Shown one piece after another: positions 18,058 to 27,928 of a stretch of DNA of 64,000 nt. Under the pieces are notes generated by a model. It was not told where the DNA came from. It did not search any database and saw only the letters and a list, made by a program, of their open reading frames with translations. Where the stretch lies: contig CBDCQE010000001.1 of NCBI GenBank assembly GCA_965220505.1, positions 1,519,144-1,583,143 of the forward strand. The letters run 5' to 3'. The number at the start of each line of letters is the position of its first letter. The first letter of the stretch is position 1. Origin of the DNA: Dehalococcoidia bacterium (GTDB lineage: Bacteria; Chloroflexota; Dehalococcoidia; Lucifugimonadales; UBA3495). Position numbers and translations under genes: made by a program.

Positions 18058-18873
18058 TCAGGCGTCCAAATAGGCGAAGCTGGCGGCAAGGTTCTCGAAA
18101 ACGTCGTCGTGCGGCGGGATTTCCATGACCGCCGGCCCGTCATACGACTTGCCCTCCAAGATGCGGCGCATGGCCCGGCAGTCCAGATCGCCGTCGTCCA
18201 CACTGCCAATGGCGACGCCGTCGCGAGCCTGCTTGAAGTGGACGATCTTGATGTAGTCGGCGGGCAGATTGGCCAATTCGTCCAGCGGCTGGCTGTCCGG
18301 GTGGCGGCGCAACTGGTTGGTGGGATCGGGGCACAGGCCGAGATACTGCCCTTCCTCTGCGGTCAGTTGTGCTCGGGCCTCGCTGACCAACCGGGCCATC
18401 GAGCGCAGTGGCTGTCCCGAGTTTTCCATGGAGAAGATGACCCCCTGGCGAGCCGCCTCTCGCACCAAGGGGACAATCCGGCCCACCGCCTCGGCGACGT
18501 CATCGGCCGACTCCCACGGCGTATCGGAGGTCCCGGGGTCCACGGTGCGCAGGTGGGGCGAACCGCCGCCAACGAGGCGCGCCGCCTCCAGTTGGGATTG
18601 GTACAGTCCGCCCTGTGGATCGATGTCGGTGGTGATGCACGGTAGCGCAACGGCCAAGTCGAAGGTGAGCTCCGGGAACCGAACCACGACATCGGCGAGG
18701 GCGGTCAGGTTCGGCCGCCAGTCCTGGTCTTGGCCCGATTCGGCGAGGCCCAGGCAGGTCTGGCGCAGTTCGATGTGGCGCGCGCCGCGGTCCTGGGCGT
18801 TGGCGATAAGATCGGCCAGGTCGGCGTCGTCCAGCTGGTTCCGCCAGGAATTGGTAATTGCCCCGTAGATCAT
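18058..18873 (-). CDS. Sugar-phosphate isomerase/epimerase-like TIM-barrel protein
   Basis: IELRQ, SMENS, CPDPTN, IVHFKQ, VMEIP metal-ligand pattern. Confidence 0.7.
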   Translation of the reverse strand: MIYGAITNSWRNQLDDADLADLIANAQDRGARHIELRQTCLGLAESGQDQDWRPNLTALADVVVRFPELTFDLAVALPCITTDIDPQGGLYQSQLEAARLVGGGSPHLRTVDPGTSDTPWESADDVAEAVGRIVPLVREAARQGVIFSMENSGQPLRSMARLVSEARAQLTAEEGQYLGLCPDPTNQLRRHPDSQPLDELANLPADYIKIVHFKQARDGVAIGSVDDGDLDCRAMRRILEGKSYDGPAVMEIPPHDDVFENLAASFAYLDA

Positions 18874-19088
18874 GGTGTTTTGTCCCCCTCGCGCTCTGAC
18901 CACGGATCACCCGTGGGCCCAGGATCATCGATGCTCCGCTACCGGGCATCGCCACCCGAAACTATACCGCAGCAGGCGATTGCGCTCAACAACGAGCATG
19001 GCGACACATTCCTCGCCGGGCGGAAGAAACCCTATGCTAGAATTACGATACGAACAAATGCCCATCAAAATCAGCAGGAGGCCAACCC

Positions 19089-19448
19089 ATGGCCGAGTTG
19101 TACAGTGAACGATGCACGGCCTGCCGACGCGATTCCCCCCACGTCACTGAAGCCGAAGTCGCGGTGTTGCACCCGGCGGTGAATGACTGGGCGCTGATTG
19201 ACGAAACCGGCATTCCGAAGCTGGACCGGCAGTTCCGGTTCCGTAATTTCGTGCAGGCGTTGGAATTCACCAACGCGCTGGGCGAGTTGGCGGAATCCGA
19301 GGGTCACCATCCCAGGCTGACCACCGAATGGGGACGGGTCAGCGTAACCTGGTGGACGCATAAGATCCGCAACCTCCATCGCAACGATTTCATCATGGCC
19401 GCGAAGACGGACCAGTTGTACGCCGAGCACGCGCCGGCGGAGGGATAG
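19089..19448 (+). CDS. Pterin-4-alpha-carbinolamine dehydratase
   Basis: AESEGHHP, WWTHKI..LHRNDFIMAAK. Confidence 0.93.
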   Translation: MAELYSERCTACRRDSPHVTEAEVAVLHPAVNDWALIDETGIPKLDRQFRFRNFVQALEFTNALGELAESEGHHPRLTTEWGRVSVTWWTHKIRNLHRNDFIMAAKTDQLYAEHAPAEG

Positions 19449-19472
19449 AACGGACAGCGCGGCACAACGACA

Positions 19473-19889
19473 ATGAACTCCGAGGAAATCCGCTGGCATT
19501 ATCGGTTCCGCAATTTTTCACGCGCCTACACCCTGCTCAGCGAGGCATTGGACCGGGAAGTTGAGGAACTGAATGAACTGGAGCGCGAGGGCGCCATCCA
19601 GCGGTTTGAGTACACTTTCCAACTGGCCTGGCTGACCCTCAAGGACCGGATGGAGTACGGCGGTATCGTCTTCACCGAAGTAACGCCGCGCAACGTCATA
19701 CAGCAGGCGTTTGTCGCCAGGCTGATTGACGACGCGGAAGTCTGGATCGACATGCTCGTTGACCGCAACTTGATGTCGCACACTTACGATTTCGCTCGGT
19801 TTCAATCGGTGCTGGAAAACGTCCGGCGGCGTTACCTGCCGGTTCTCGGCGACCTTTATCAGCGGTTCGGCTTGGAGGCGCTGGGATGA
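19473..19889 (+). CDS. HEPN toxin / nucleotidyltransferase substrate-binding protein (HI0074 type)
   Basis: IQRFEYTFQLAW..LKD; Rx4H motif RNLMSH followed by TY. Confidence 0.88.
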   Translation: MNSEEIRWHYRFRNFSRAYTLLSEALDREVEELNELEREGAIQRFEYTFQLAWLTLKDRMEYGGIVFTEVTPRNVIQQAFVARLIDDAEVWIDMLVDRNLMSHTYDFARFQSVLENVRRRYLPVLGDLYQRFGLEALG

Positions 19890-20197
19890 CGGGCGTTCCC
19901 GATATACCTGCCTCAACGTGGGAGAAAATGAACCAGGTTTTCGCCGACTACCCGGAGTTGACCGCAGTGACGTTGTTCGGTTCCCGGGCAACCGGCAAGG
20001 CGACGCCGCGTTCCGATTTCGACCTGGCAACCCACGGTATCACCGACCACTATCGCTTGGGCCGGTTGGCGCTGGACTTGGAAGACTTGAACATACCGCA
20101 GAAGTGCGATGTGCAAGCCTACGAGGACATCAAGCATGCACCGTTGAAACGCCACATCGGCACCTTTGGGATCACCATCTACCGACGTGCGAACTGA
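19886..20197 (+). CDS. Minimal nucleotidyltransferase (MNT antitoxin)
   Basis: FGSRATGKATPRSDFD (GSx10DxD); ATGA overlap with the HEPN gene. Confidence 0.88.
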   Translation: MTGVPDIPASTWEKMNQVFADYPELTAVTLFGSRATGKATPRSDFDLATHGITDHYRLGRLALDLEDLNIPQKCDVQAYEDIKHAPLKRHIGTFGITIYRRAN

Positions 20198-20224
20198 TCT
20201 CACCCACACCTGAGGAGCCACCCC

Positions 20225-21247
20225 ATGCGTGTTGTTTATTCCCTCCGATCCCGCGACCTCAACGCCGTGGCCGCCGAGGCGGCGTGGGCGGAGTCCATGG
20301 GATACGACGGCGTTTCCACCAACGAGACTGCCCACGACCCATTCCTGCCCCTGGCCGTGGCGGCGACATCGACCAGTCGTGTGACGCTGGAAACGCACGT
20401 GGCAATCGCCTTCCCGCGCTCTCCCATGGTGGTCGCCTACACGGCGCGAGACCTCCAGGACAACAGCGGCGGGCGGTTCCGCCTCGGTTTGGGAACGCAG
20501 GTCAAAGGCCACATTGAGCGGAGGTTCTCCACTCGGTGGACCGGGTCTGCCGGGCCCCGCCTGCGGGAATACGTGCAATCTTTGCATGCCATCTGGAACT
20601 GCTGGGACACCGGCAGCAACCTGGAGTACGCCGGGGATTTCTACCAGTTCTCGCTGATGACGCCGTTTTTCAGTCCCGGGCCAAGCGAGTACGCGCATCC
20701 CGAGGTGTACACCGCCGCCGTCAACGGATACAACTGCCTTGTGGCCGGAGAGTGCAGCGACGGCCTGATGTTGCACAGCCTGGTGTCCCCGGAGTACGTA
20801 AAGCAGGTGGTCCAGCCCAACGTCGCCGAGGGAGCGCGCCGAGCGGGCCGAAATGCCGAGGAGGTGTCCGTGGTCGGCGGGGGCTTCATCGTCACCGGGC
20901 CCAACCGTGCCGCCATCGCAGAAGCAGCCGAGGAGACCAAGCGTCGTATCGCATTCTACTCATCCACGCGGACCTACTTCCCAGTGCTGGAATGCCACGG
21001 ATTCGAGGACATCGGCAAGGAGCTGCACGTCATGTCCCGCGAGGGCAAATGGGCCGAAATGGGCGATCTGGTCACCGACGAGATGCTCAACGCCTTCGCC
21101 ATCATCGGCGAGTACGACGAAATCCCCGGCATGTTCAAGGAGCGGTACGGCGGGCTGGTCGACGAGATGCACTTCTCCATTCAGACAACTACCGACGTCG
21201 AGCAGGGGCAGTTGCGACGTATAGTTCGCGAGTTGCAGGAGCAGTAG
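20225..21247 (+). CDS. F420-dependent LLM-class oxidoreductase (TIGR03617-like)
   Basis: ETAHDPFLPL, IAFPRSPM, GRFRLGLGTQVKGHIERRF, IAFYSSTRTY. Confidence 0.9.
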   Translation: MRVVYSLRSRDLNAVAAEAAWAESMGYDGVSTNETAHDPFLPLAVAATSTSRVTLETHVAIAFPRSPMVVAYTARDLQDNSGGRFRLGLGTQVKGHIERRFSTRWTGSAGPRLREYVQSLHAIWNCWDTGSNLEYAGDFYQFSLMTPFFSPGPSEYAHPEVYTAAVNGYNCLVAGECSDGLMLHSLVSPEYVKQVVQPNVAEGARRAGRNAEEVSVVGGGFIVTGPNRAAIAEAAEETKRRIAFYSSTRTYFPVLECHGFEDIGKELHVMSREGKWAEMGDLVTDEMLNAFAIIGEYDEIPGMFKERYGGLVDEMHFSIQTTTDVEQGQLRRIVRELQEQ

Positions 21248-21256
21248 GCTGCACCC

Positions 21257-22045
21257 ATGGGAGAAGCGTCCGCGGTTTCGTCCCTGGATACCGCACGGTT
21301 CAAGCTCGGCAGCGAATCGGACCTGGCGTACAGGCTGAAATGGGAAGCCTGGGAATGGCTTTATTCCGAAGCACGCTGCCGGTGCATCGGCCTCGAGGTG
21401 AGGCTGCAAGGGCCCTGGGGTTCGGTGGTGGACGTGGTAGGAGTCGGACCGGGCAACGCCATATACGTAGTGGAAGTCAAGGCATCACGAGCGGATTTCG
21501 CACGGGATAACCACACCGAAGCCGACATCCATCGTCTGCGAAGGCGCCAGGCCGCTCTCAAGCGACGGATTGAACTGGCCCGCGCGCCCGGTTACCGGTC
21601 CTGGAACGGTGACAGCAATCGGCTGGAGCAAGAGGCCGAGAGGTTGCAGGAACGGTTGGCGACGGTCTCAACCAAATTCCACAACCCGCGTTTCCTCAGC
21701 ATCGCCGACTACCATTACATCATGGCGCCCCGAGGTGTGGTGCTGACCGAAATGATCCCTTCAGAATGGGGTCTTCTTGAGCCGGGTCCCACCGAAATCG
21801 TTGCGGCGCCAGTCAAAGCTATCCGCAAAAACACAGGCATCGTTTCAAACGTGCTGCGCGCTGTGGCCCGGGCCAACGCCACTGCCATGATGCGGGCGCA
21901 CGGGGTGACATTTGGTACGGAGGGTGCGACCTTCCCACGATCACGTTGCAGCGAAAAAATTTCCCGACTCGATCCCACGCCGCCGGTCGAAAACACGGCT
22001 GCTACACGCCCCCCGGAGGATGAACATGCCAGAAGTCACCATTGA
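21257..22045 (+). CDS. Hypothetical protein with PD-(D/E)XK-like (MmcB-like) motif
   Basis: VVDVVGV...VVEVKASRADF..D; coiled-coil insert; ADYHYIMAP...IP..WGLL. Confidence 0.55.
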   Translation: MGEASAVSSLDTARFKLGSESDLAYRLKWEAWEWLYSEARCRCIGLEVRLQGPWGSVVDVVGVGPGNAIYVVEVKASRADFARDNHTEADIHRLRRRQAALKRRIELARAPGYRSWNGDSNRLEQEAERLQERLATVSTKFHNPRFLSIADYHYIMAPRGVVLTEMIPSEWGLLEPGPTEIVAAPVKAIRKNTGIVSNVLRAVARANATAMMRAHGVTFGTEGATFPRSRCSEKISRLDPTPPVENTAATRPPEDEHARSHH

Positions 22046-22628
22046 TCCCAGGAACACTGCGCTGCTGATTCAGGACATGCAGAACGAGTTGATCAAGGGC
22101 GGCGCGATGCCGGTCCAACCCCTCTCCGGCGCGGAGATCATAGCGAATAGCGTCCGCCTGCTGGAAAAGGCCCGGGCATCGGGCATCGCAGTGATCTACG
22201 TGGTGGTGAACCGCCGACCGGATCGTCGTGACGCTCCACGGCCACCATTCGGAGCGCCCGCCAGCGCAGCCGATGCGGGTCCCCGCCTCACCGCGGGGAC
22301 TCACGATGCCGAGGTAGTGGACGAACTAGCTCCGCGACCGGAGGACCCGGTCGTGATCAAGCATACGACAAGCCCGTTCAACACAACCGACATCGAAGTC
22401 TATCTTCGCCGGTTCGGTATAACCACTCTGATCCTTACGGGATATTCGACCACCGGCGTGGTGGAAGGTTCGCTGCGAGACGCCCGAGACAAAGACTATG
22501 ATTGCATCGTCGTTCGGGACTGTTGCGCGGCCGGCACCGCCGCCGAGCACGACGTGTGCATGGACATCATCTTCCCGCGCATGGCCTGGGTGGCCACGGC
22601 GGACGAGGTGATAGCCGCTATCGTCTAG
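22026..22628 (+). CDS. Isochorismatase-family hydrolase
   Basis: TALLIQDMQN, VIKHTTSPF, LILTGYSTTGVVEGSLRDA, DCCA. Confidence 0.88.
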   Translation: MPEVTIDPRNTALLIQDMQNELIKGGAMPVQPLSGAEIIANSVRLLEKARASGIAVIYVVVNRRPDRRDAPRPPFGAPASAADAGPRLTAGTHDAEVVDELAPRPEDPVVIKHTTSPFNTTDIEVYLRRFGITTLILTGYSTTGVVEGSLRDARDKDYDCIVVRDCCAAGTAAEHDVCMDIIFPRMAWVATADEVIAAIV

Positions 22629-22631
22629 CTG

Positions 22632-23339
22632 CTATGCTCCTGGCCGCGGTGTACGGTCTTCGAGTTCGTACCAGTACACTTGGCCGCTATCGATAAGGTC
22701 CTGGATCCCCCGGTCGTTGCGGATGCTGGCGACGGCCGGGTGGGCAGGACGTCCGGTGAACCGGGTCAGGAAGCCGGCGTTGCGGATGGCGCGGCCTGTG
22801 TCACGCCTGTCCGCGGTGTAAGAGACTTCCATTGCGATGTAATGGATAGTCTCGTCCCCGTCGGCGGCTTCGATAACCAGGTCGGCGAGGCGGAAGCTGC
22901 GCAGTTCTCCGGTCTCCAGATCGACAGTGTCGTTGCTGGCTACCATCGCAAGCAAATCGCTGATATTGAGTGTTCGGATAAATTTATATCCCATATCGTG
23001 AGCGATACCCTCAGCATCTCTGACGGTTTTGCTAATGGCATGATTATCTTTCATCTCGGAAATATCGCCCTCCATTCTCGCAAATCGCTGGTCAGTTCGG
23101 GCCATAAAGCCTTCCACCGTGGCGTTGAACTGGCGCTGCCCCTCGTTAAACTGCCGCTGCTCGTCAATGAACGGCTCGGTTTTCTCAATGAACTGCTCAG
23201 TTTTTGCCACGAACCTGTCGAAGCGGGCCGGCAGGCTGAGTAGCTCCTCGGTGAGGATTTCGCGCCGTACTTCCGCCCTCCACTCCGGGTTTTCGCGGAG
23301 TACGCGCAGTAGGTCGTCGCTGGTGTGAATGATGACCAT
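22632..23339 (-). CDS. Hypothetical protein with heptad coiled-coil repeats and C-terminal nuclease-fold-like domain
   Basis: DDLLRVLRENPEWR..VRR.IL..ELL.LP; (E/R)QF heptads; ADLVIEA...IAMEVS...D..RA. Confidence 0.65.
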   Translation of the reverse strand: MVIIHTSDDLLRVLRENPEWRAEVRREILTEELLSLPARFDRFVAKTEQFIEKTEPFIDEQRQFNEGQRQFNATVEGFMARTDQRFARMEGDISEMKDNHAISKTVRDAEGIAHDMGYKFIRTLNISDLLAMVASNDTVDLETGELRSFRLADLVIEAADGDETIHYIAMEVSYTADRRDTGRAIRNAGFLTRFTGRPAHPAVASIRNDRGIQDLIDSGQVYWYELEDRTPRPGA

Positions 23340-23381
23340 GACTAGATTCCCGTGGCTTCCATTATACGTGTGACGGGCGAG

Positions 23382-24194
23382 CTAACGGTTCAGCAGCCAC
23401 CAATCGTCGGTGCCGAGGTTGAAGTCGATGCGTCGGAACCCTTCTGCGAAAGGAACGCCGCAACGCTCACCCTGTAGTCGGCAACCTTCAGTCATGCGAT
23501 CCAGGCGTTGGGACCTGGTGCGGGCGCTAATTTGGGACGCGTGCTGGCTGAGGGCCTCGGCTTTCCGGAGTATGTGCTCCTCGGTGATTGAGATGAAAGT
23601 GTCCGGCCGCTCGGACCCCCAAAGCAGGGCCTCCCGGACCCGGTGCGGCTCCAATCCTTCTTCCTCGATCTGCTCCGGAAAATCCTGCCAGCTCCACGCG
23701 TATGAGAACGCCGCGTCCAGAGCCGCCTGGCCGCTGTGCCGGTGGTCACGGTGGGTGTGCGACGTGACGCGATAGGGGTCGATACCGAACACCACCTCGG
23801 GTTTGTGCCGCCTGATTTCGCGAACGACCTGTCCGCGATACGCGTGCGTGTCCTCCAGCTCACCGTCGCCGTAACGGAGAAATACGACCTCGGAGACACC
23901 GAGCACGTTGGCGGCATTCTGCTGCTCAATCTCCCGGGTCGCGGCCAGCGACTCGGGGGTAAACGAGCGGTCCCCGGTACCCTTGTTGCCGTTGGTGCAC
24001 ATCAGGATGACCACTTTGGTTCCCGATTCGGCGATCCACTTGGCCATGGTCGCACCGCACCCGCCCTCGGCGTCGTCGGGATGGGGCGTGACCACCAGGG
24101 CGCTGCGCGGCGCTTCGGTCATCACCCGTGGCTCGGGGGCGTACTCCTGATTGGGATATCCCCATCCATCGATCCCGTGCGGTCTGCTGCTCAT
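23382..24194 (-). CDS. PIG-L/LmbE family deacetylase
   Basis: PHPDDAE, TNGNKG, HRDHR, HASQI, AEGFRRI. Confidence 0.9.
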   Translation of the reverse strand: MSSRPHGIDGWGYPNQEYAPEPRVMTEAPRSALVVTPHPDDAEGGCGATMAKWIAESGTKVVILMCTNGNKGTGDRSFTPESLAATREIEQQNAANVLGVSEVVFLRYGDGELEDTHAYRGQVVREIRRHKPEVVFGIDPYRVTSHTHRDHRHSGQAALDAAFSYAWSWQDFPEQIEEEGLEPHRVREALLWGSERPDTFISITEEHILRKAEALSQHASQISARTRSQRLDRMTEGCRLQGERCGVPFAEGFRRIDFNLGTDDWWLLNR

Positions 24195-24220
24195 ATCGTC
24201 GCTCCATCGTGTTGGAATGG

Positions 24221-24246
24221 GTAGGGGCGAATAAAAATTCGCCCCT
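24221..24246 (+). repeat. REP-like palindrome (GTAG type)
   Basis: GTAGGGGCGAAT-AAAA-ATTCGCCCCT. Confidence 0.6.
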
Positions 24247-24292
24247 GGGTCGTCTCGATTCCGGCTGTGCGCGCCGCGCGGATGCGCCAGGC

Positions 24293-25711
24293 CTAACCGC
24301 CGAGGTGGAACACCACCATCTTGAGCTCGGTCATCTCCTCGATGGCGTAGGCAGGTCCTTCCTTCCCCATCCCGCTGTCCTTGAGCCCGCCGTAAGGCAT
24401 GACGTCAGCGCGCCACTGTGGGGAAGAATTGATGTGCAGGTTGCCGGAGTGGACTTCCTGGGCGAATTTCATGGCCCAGTCCACGTTCTGGGTGAAGATG
24501 CCTGCCGACAGGCCGAAGCGCGTATCGTTGGCCTTGGCGATGGCATCGTCGATATCGTCAAAGGCGCTGACCGCGACGGCGGGGCCGAACAGTTCCTCGC
24601 GGGAGATGAGCATCTCCGGACGGGCGTCGGCCACCACGGTAGCCGTGTGCAGCGTTCCCTGGCGGTCGCCGCCAGCGATGACGCGGGCGCCCTGCCCAAC
24701 GGCCTCGGCGATCCAACTCTCGACCCTGGCGGCGTCGGTCTCCCGTATCATCGGACCCATCTTGACGTCTTCATCGAAGGGATTGCCGACGCTGAACTCC
24801 TGCGTGGGCTGCACCAGGGCGTCGAGCAGGTCGGCGTAGATGGTGCGCGCTGCGAAGACCCGCTGCGTGGAGATGCACACCTGGCCCGCATTGGCAAATC
24901 CGCTGGAGACGGTGGCGGCCGCAACTTTCTCAATGTCGGCGTCGGACATGATGATCAGGGGGCTATTGGACCCCAGTTCCATCGTCACCTTCTTGATGCC
25001 GGCATTGCGGCAAATCTGGTCGCCCACTTCCATGCTGCCGGTGAATGTGATTTTGCGCACGTCGGAAGAACCGGTGATGGCATCGCCGATCTCCGCGCCG
25101 GAACCGGTGATGGTCTGGATGGCTTCTTCGGGCAGTCCAGCTTCCAGCAGGATCTCGGTTAGCTTCAGTGCGGACAGCGGAGTGTCACCGGCGGGTTTCA
25201 GGATGACGGCGTTTCCGCCGGCCAGGGCCGGCCCCACCTTGTGGCACACGAGGTTCAGTGGGAAGTTGAACGGCGCGATCGCGGCCACAACCCCCACGGG
25301 CACGCGGATGGTGAAGCCAAACTGATTGACCACCCCAGGAGCCGAGTCCAGGGGGACGGTCTCGCCGTGCAGGCGCTTGGCCTCTTCGGCGGACAGGGTG
25401 ATGGTCTGGACGGCACGCTGGACCTCGGCGCGGCCTTCGGCGATGACTTTGCCCTCTTCGCGGGTAATCGTCTCCGCCAGGTCGTCGGCCCGCTCTTCCA
25501 TGAGGTCGGCGGCGCGCTTGAGAATCGTGTATCGGCGGTGGGCGGGCAGTTTGGCCATCACGGCCGCGCCGCGCACCGCACTGGCGATGGCAGCCTGCAC
25601 GTCGGCGGATGAGCCGCGCGGGACGGTGTCGAACGCCGATTGGTCAAAGGGATTGATGACAGGCATCTTTTCATCGCGGTCGACCCACTCGCCGCAGATG
25701 TACATGCGCAT
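24293..25711 (-). CDS. Aldehyde dehydrogenase
   Basis: PFNFPL, FTGS, MELGSN, AGQVCIS (catalytic Cys), EELFGP, PYGGLKDSG. Confidence 0.95.
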   Translation of the reverse strand: MRMYICGEWVDRDEKMPVINPFDQSAFDTVPRGSSADVQAAIASAVRGAAVMAKLPAHRRYTILKRAADLMEERADDLAETITREEGKVIAEGRAEVQRAVQTITLSAEEAKRLHGETVPLDSAPGVVNQFGFTIRVPVGVVAAIAPFNFPLNLVCHKVGPALAGGNAVILKPAGDTPLSALKLTEILLEAGLPEEAIQTITGSGAEIGDAITGSSDVRKITFTGSMEVGDQICRNAGIKKVTMELGSNSPLIIMSDADIEKVAAATVSSGFANAGQVCISTQRVFAARTIYADLLDALVQPTQEFSVGNPFDEDVKMGPMIRETDAARVESWIAEAVGQGARVIAGGDRQGTLHTATVVADARPEMLISREELFGPAVAVSAFDDIDDAIAKANDTRFGLSAGIFTQNVDWAMKFAQEVHSGNLHINSSPQWRADVMPYGGLKDSGMGKEGPAYAIEEMTELKMVVFHLGG

Positions 25712-25801
25712 GGTGAAACTCCTAATTCGGGAACCGGAATAAGCACGCCCCGCGTGGTGCGCGGCGGCCGCGACCATTGTACTACACGAGCCCGGGCCCG
25801 A

Positions 25802-26491
25802 TTATTCGGCTTCGGTCTTGACCTCGCCCTCGCCGAGGACAATGCTGCGCCCGGTGTTGGTCACCTTGTAGTGGCCGGACAGGCCGGGTATGCGCTCCAG
25901 CCACCGAAACTTGGTGCGGGCGGCGTTGCGCAGCGTCTGCACGAAGCTGTGCGGAATCGGCCAACCGGCCAGCGTGAACAGGTGAGCCAGGCTGTCGGGA
26001 TCGACGCTGGCGATGTTCAGGTATCGGTGGGCTGCCTCGGCGGCTACCACCACCCGACGCATGTCGCCCAAGGGGTTGACTCGCTGACAAAAGGCGATGT
26101 ACTCGTGCTCGGACGGAGTCATCGTTTCGGCGGCCAGAGTTGGGGCCCGTGCGGGTTCACCATTCGGCGCGGCGGTGGCCGACGATGGTGGAGGGGCAAT
26201 TTGCACGACGGTAGCTGCGGGTGTGATCGGGGGCGCTCCGTTGATTTCCGCGGCGACAACCGCAGCGCGCTGCGGTTCGGTCACATGCTGGATTGAGCCA
26301 TTGGGCGCCGAATGCCCGTTGGAATGCGGGGGCGGTTCGGCCGGCTTGGCAATGGGTGCGTCCGCTGATGCCCCGTTGGCCCCGGTGAGCTGCGGCATGA
26401 ACGAATAAAGGACTTCGCGAACAAGTCCAGCATCGTCAGACTCAATGCATATCTGACCGCCGGCTGGCAGCGTGATACTGAGCTTATTCAT
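25802..26491 (-). CDS. Hypothetical protein with Pro/Ala-rich linker and possible C-terminal winged helix
   Basis: 229-aa ORF with GAGG RBS; C-terminal QTLRNAAR...WLE......YKVTNTG. Confidence 0.6.
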   Translation of the reverse strand: MNKLSITLPAGGQICIESDDAGLVREVLYSFMPQLTGANGASADAPIAKPAEPPPHSNGHSAPNGSIQHVTEPQRAAVVAAEINGAPPITPAATVVQIAPPPSSATAAPNGEPARAPTLAAETMTPSEHEYIAFCQRVNPLGDMRRVVVAAEAAHRYLNIASVDPDSLAHLFTLAGWPIPHSFVQTLRNAARTKFRWLERIPGLSGHYKVTNTGRSIVLGEGEVKTEAE

Positions 26492-26590
26492 TCGACCCAG
26501 CCTCTACACCAAGGAACCCAAGGGCGTCCGCGCGCCGGCTCAATGGTAAAGTACCGTCGGGGTATATGGCAACAAAGACTGCTGCCAAGT

Positions 26591-27004
26591 TCAGTCGAAA
26601 CGTATCACCTGCAAATCGGGAAGATTGCCGAAATCGCGGTCGTGGGACAAGACCGGGCAGTTCAGCAAAACGGCGGTGGCCGCAATCCAGGCGTCAGCCG
26701 CATGCAACTCACGCCCGCGGCGACGACTGTCGGCCCGCAGACGCGCGCAGATGTTGACCAATTCCAGGTCGTATCCCACCATTTCGTAGGTGGCATCTAC
26801 ATACTGAAAGAGTTCATCTCTCCGTCGCTGGCCCCAATTTGTAACCAAGACTCCGAACAGCAACTCCTCGTAGGTTTGGAACGATACGACGGCACGGTGA
26901 TTTTTCATCCGTTTGATGTAGCGCGACCCAACCGGGTCGTTTCGGTAGATGTACGAGACCACATTGGTATCCACGACAACGGGCGTTTGCGTCTCAGATG
27001 TCAT
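26591..27004 (-). CDS. PIN-domain (VapC-like) toxin
   Basis: VVVDTNVVS, EEL, ADAWIAATA, SHDRDF. Confidence 0.88.
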   Translation of the reverse strand: MTSETQTPVVVDTNVVSYIYRNDPVGSRYIKRMKNHRAVVSFQTYEELLFGVLVTNWGQRRRDELFQYVDATYEMVGYDLELVNICARLRADSRRRGRELHAADAWIAATAVLLNCPVLSHDRDFGNLPDLQVIRFD

Positions 27005-27852
27005 ATATCGCGAGCCTCGTGGATAACCTGGATAAACGCTTCGATATCGACAGGGTCATCGTCATCGTGATCGTAGAAACCCGTGGCCGCATCCGGATCG
27101 AAAATTAACGGCTCGCGGGCGTAGAATTCATCGCGTACGGACTGCTCGGCAACTATTTCCCTCACAGTGACGTCTTGCCATTCGTCGTTGGTGTTGAAGC
27201 GTCCAGTCCCCCGGACCATTACGTACCGCGTGGCGTACTCACGGAACAGGTCGTTCAATGCAATCCCGAACCGGAGGTAGACGGGAGATTCGCCGTAATT
27301 GTGCAACTCAGCGGTACGCGAACTCCAATTGACTTCCAACAGGCGGCCGCGCAGCGAGATTTCCGTTTCCGAATCCGGCAGGACAGCCCCTCGTGTCCGA
27401 CTCCGGGTTCGCATCGTACGTGGGATCGTCACCTGCCGGCCGTTCTGCAAGTCGTCCAACCGGACTCGGTGCACATCGGGAGACAAATTGGTACCGATAG
27501 CGTTCAGAGTGTCAATGACTTCTGGTGGCAACGCCCCATCACCTTCGCCAGACCATTCGAAGATAGCTTCCAGCGCATCTACCCCAAAATCTTTCCCGCC
27601 GTGCCTGGTGCGCCTGGGCGACAAGGCTAGCGTGGTACCAAATGACCCGGGGAATACGGCCAGCAACCTCAACGAAATCTGTTCTCTCAGCCATTGCGGA
27701 GGCCGGCCTCGGGTTTCAACCCCGGCCAGATGCGATGCCATCTGCCGCACCGCATTCTGAACGCTCCTGAAGGCCGCGTTCAAGTCCTGGAGGGAAACCC
27801 CATCAGCTGTGTTTGGCCCCTCAAAAACGATGTTTATTTTGTCGGTGGCCAC
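27001..27852 (-). CDS. Hypothetical protein coupled to the PIN gene; acidic antitoxin-like C-terminus
   Basis: AAGGAG before GTG 27852; ATGA overlap with the PIN gene; ends DDDDPVDIEAFIQVIHEARDI. Confidence 0.65.
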   Translation of the reverse strand: MATDKINIVFEGPNTADGVSLQDLNAAFRSVQNAVRQMASHLAGVETRGRPPQWLREQISLRLLAVFPGSFGTTLALSPRRTRHGGKDFGVDALEAIFEWSGEGDGALPPEVIDTLNAIGTNLSPDVHRVRLDDLQNGRQVTIPRTMRTRSRTRGAVLPDSETEISLRGRLLEVNWSSRTAELHNYGESPVYLRFGIALNDLFREYATRYVMVRGTGRFNTNDEWQDVTVREIVAEQSVRDEFYAREPLIFDPDAATGFYDHDDDDPVDIEAFIQVIHEARDI

Positions 27853-27928
27853 TACCTGCTCCTTAAGCGAGAGACCTACGCCTAGTTGATAAACCTTATC
27901 ACAACACGCCATCCTTCGGGTGAGCAAC

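Noticed and set aside
23090-23230. Imperfect 21-bp repeats
   Set aside because: They are coiled-coil heptads inside a coding region, not a separate element
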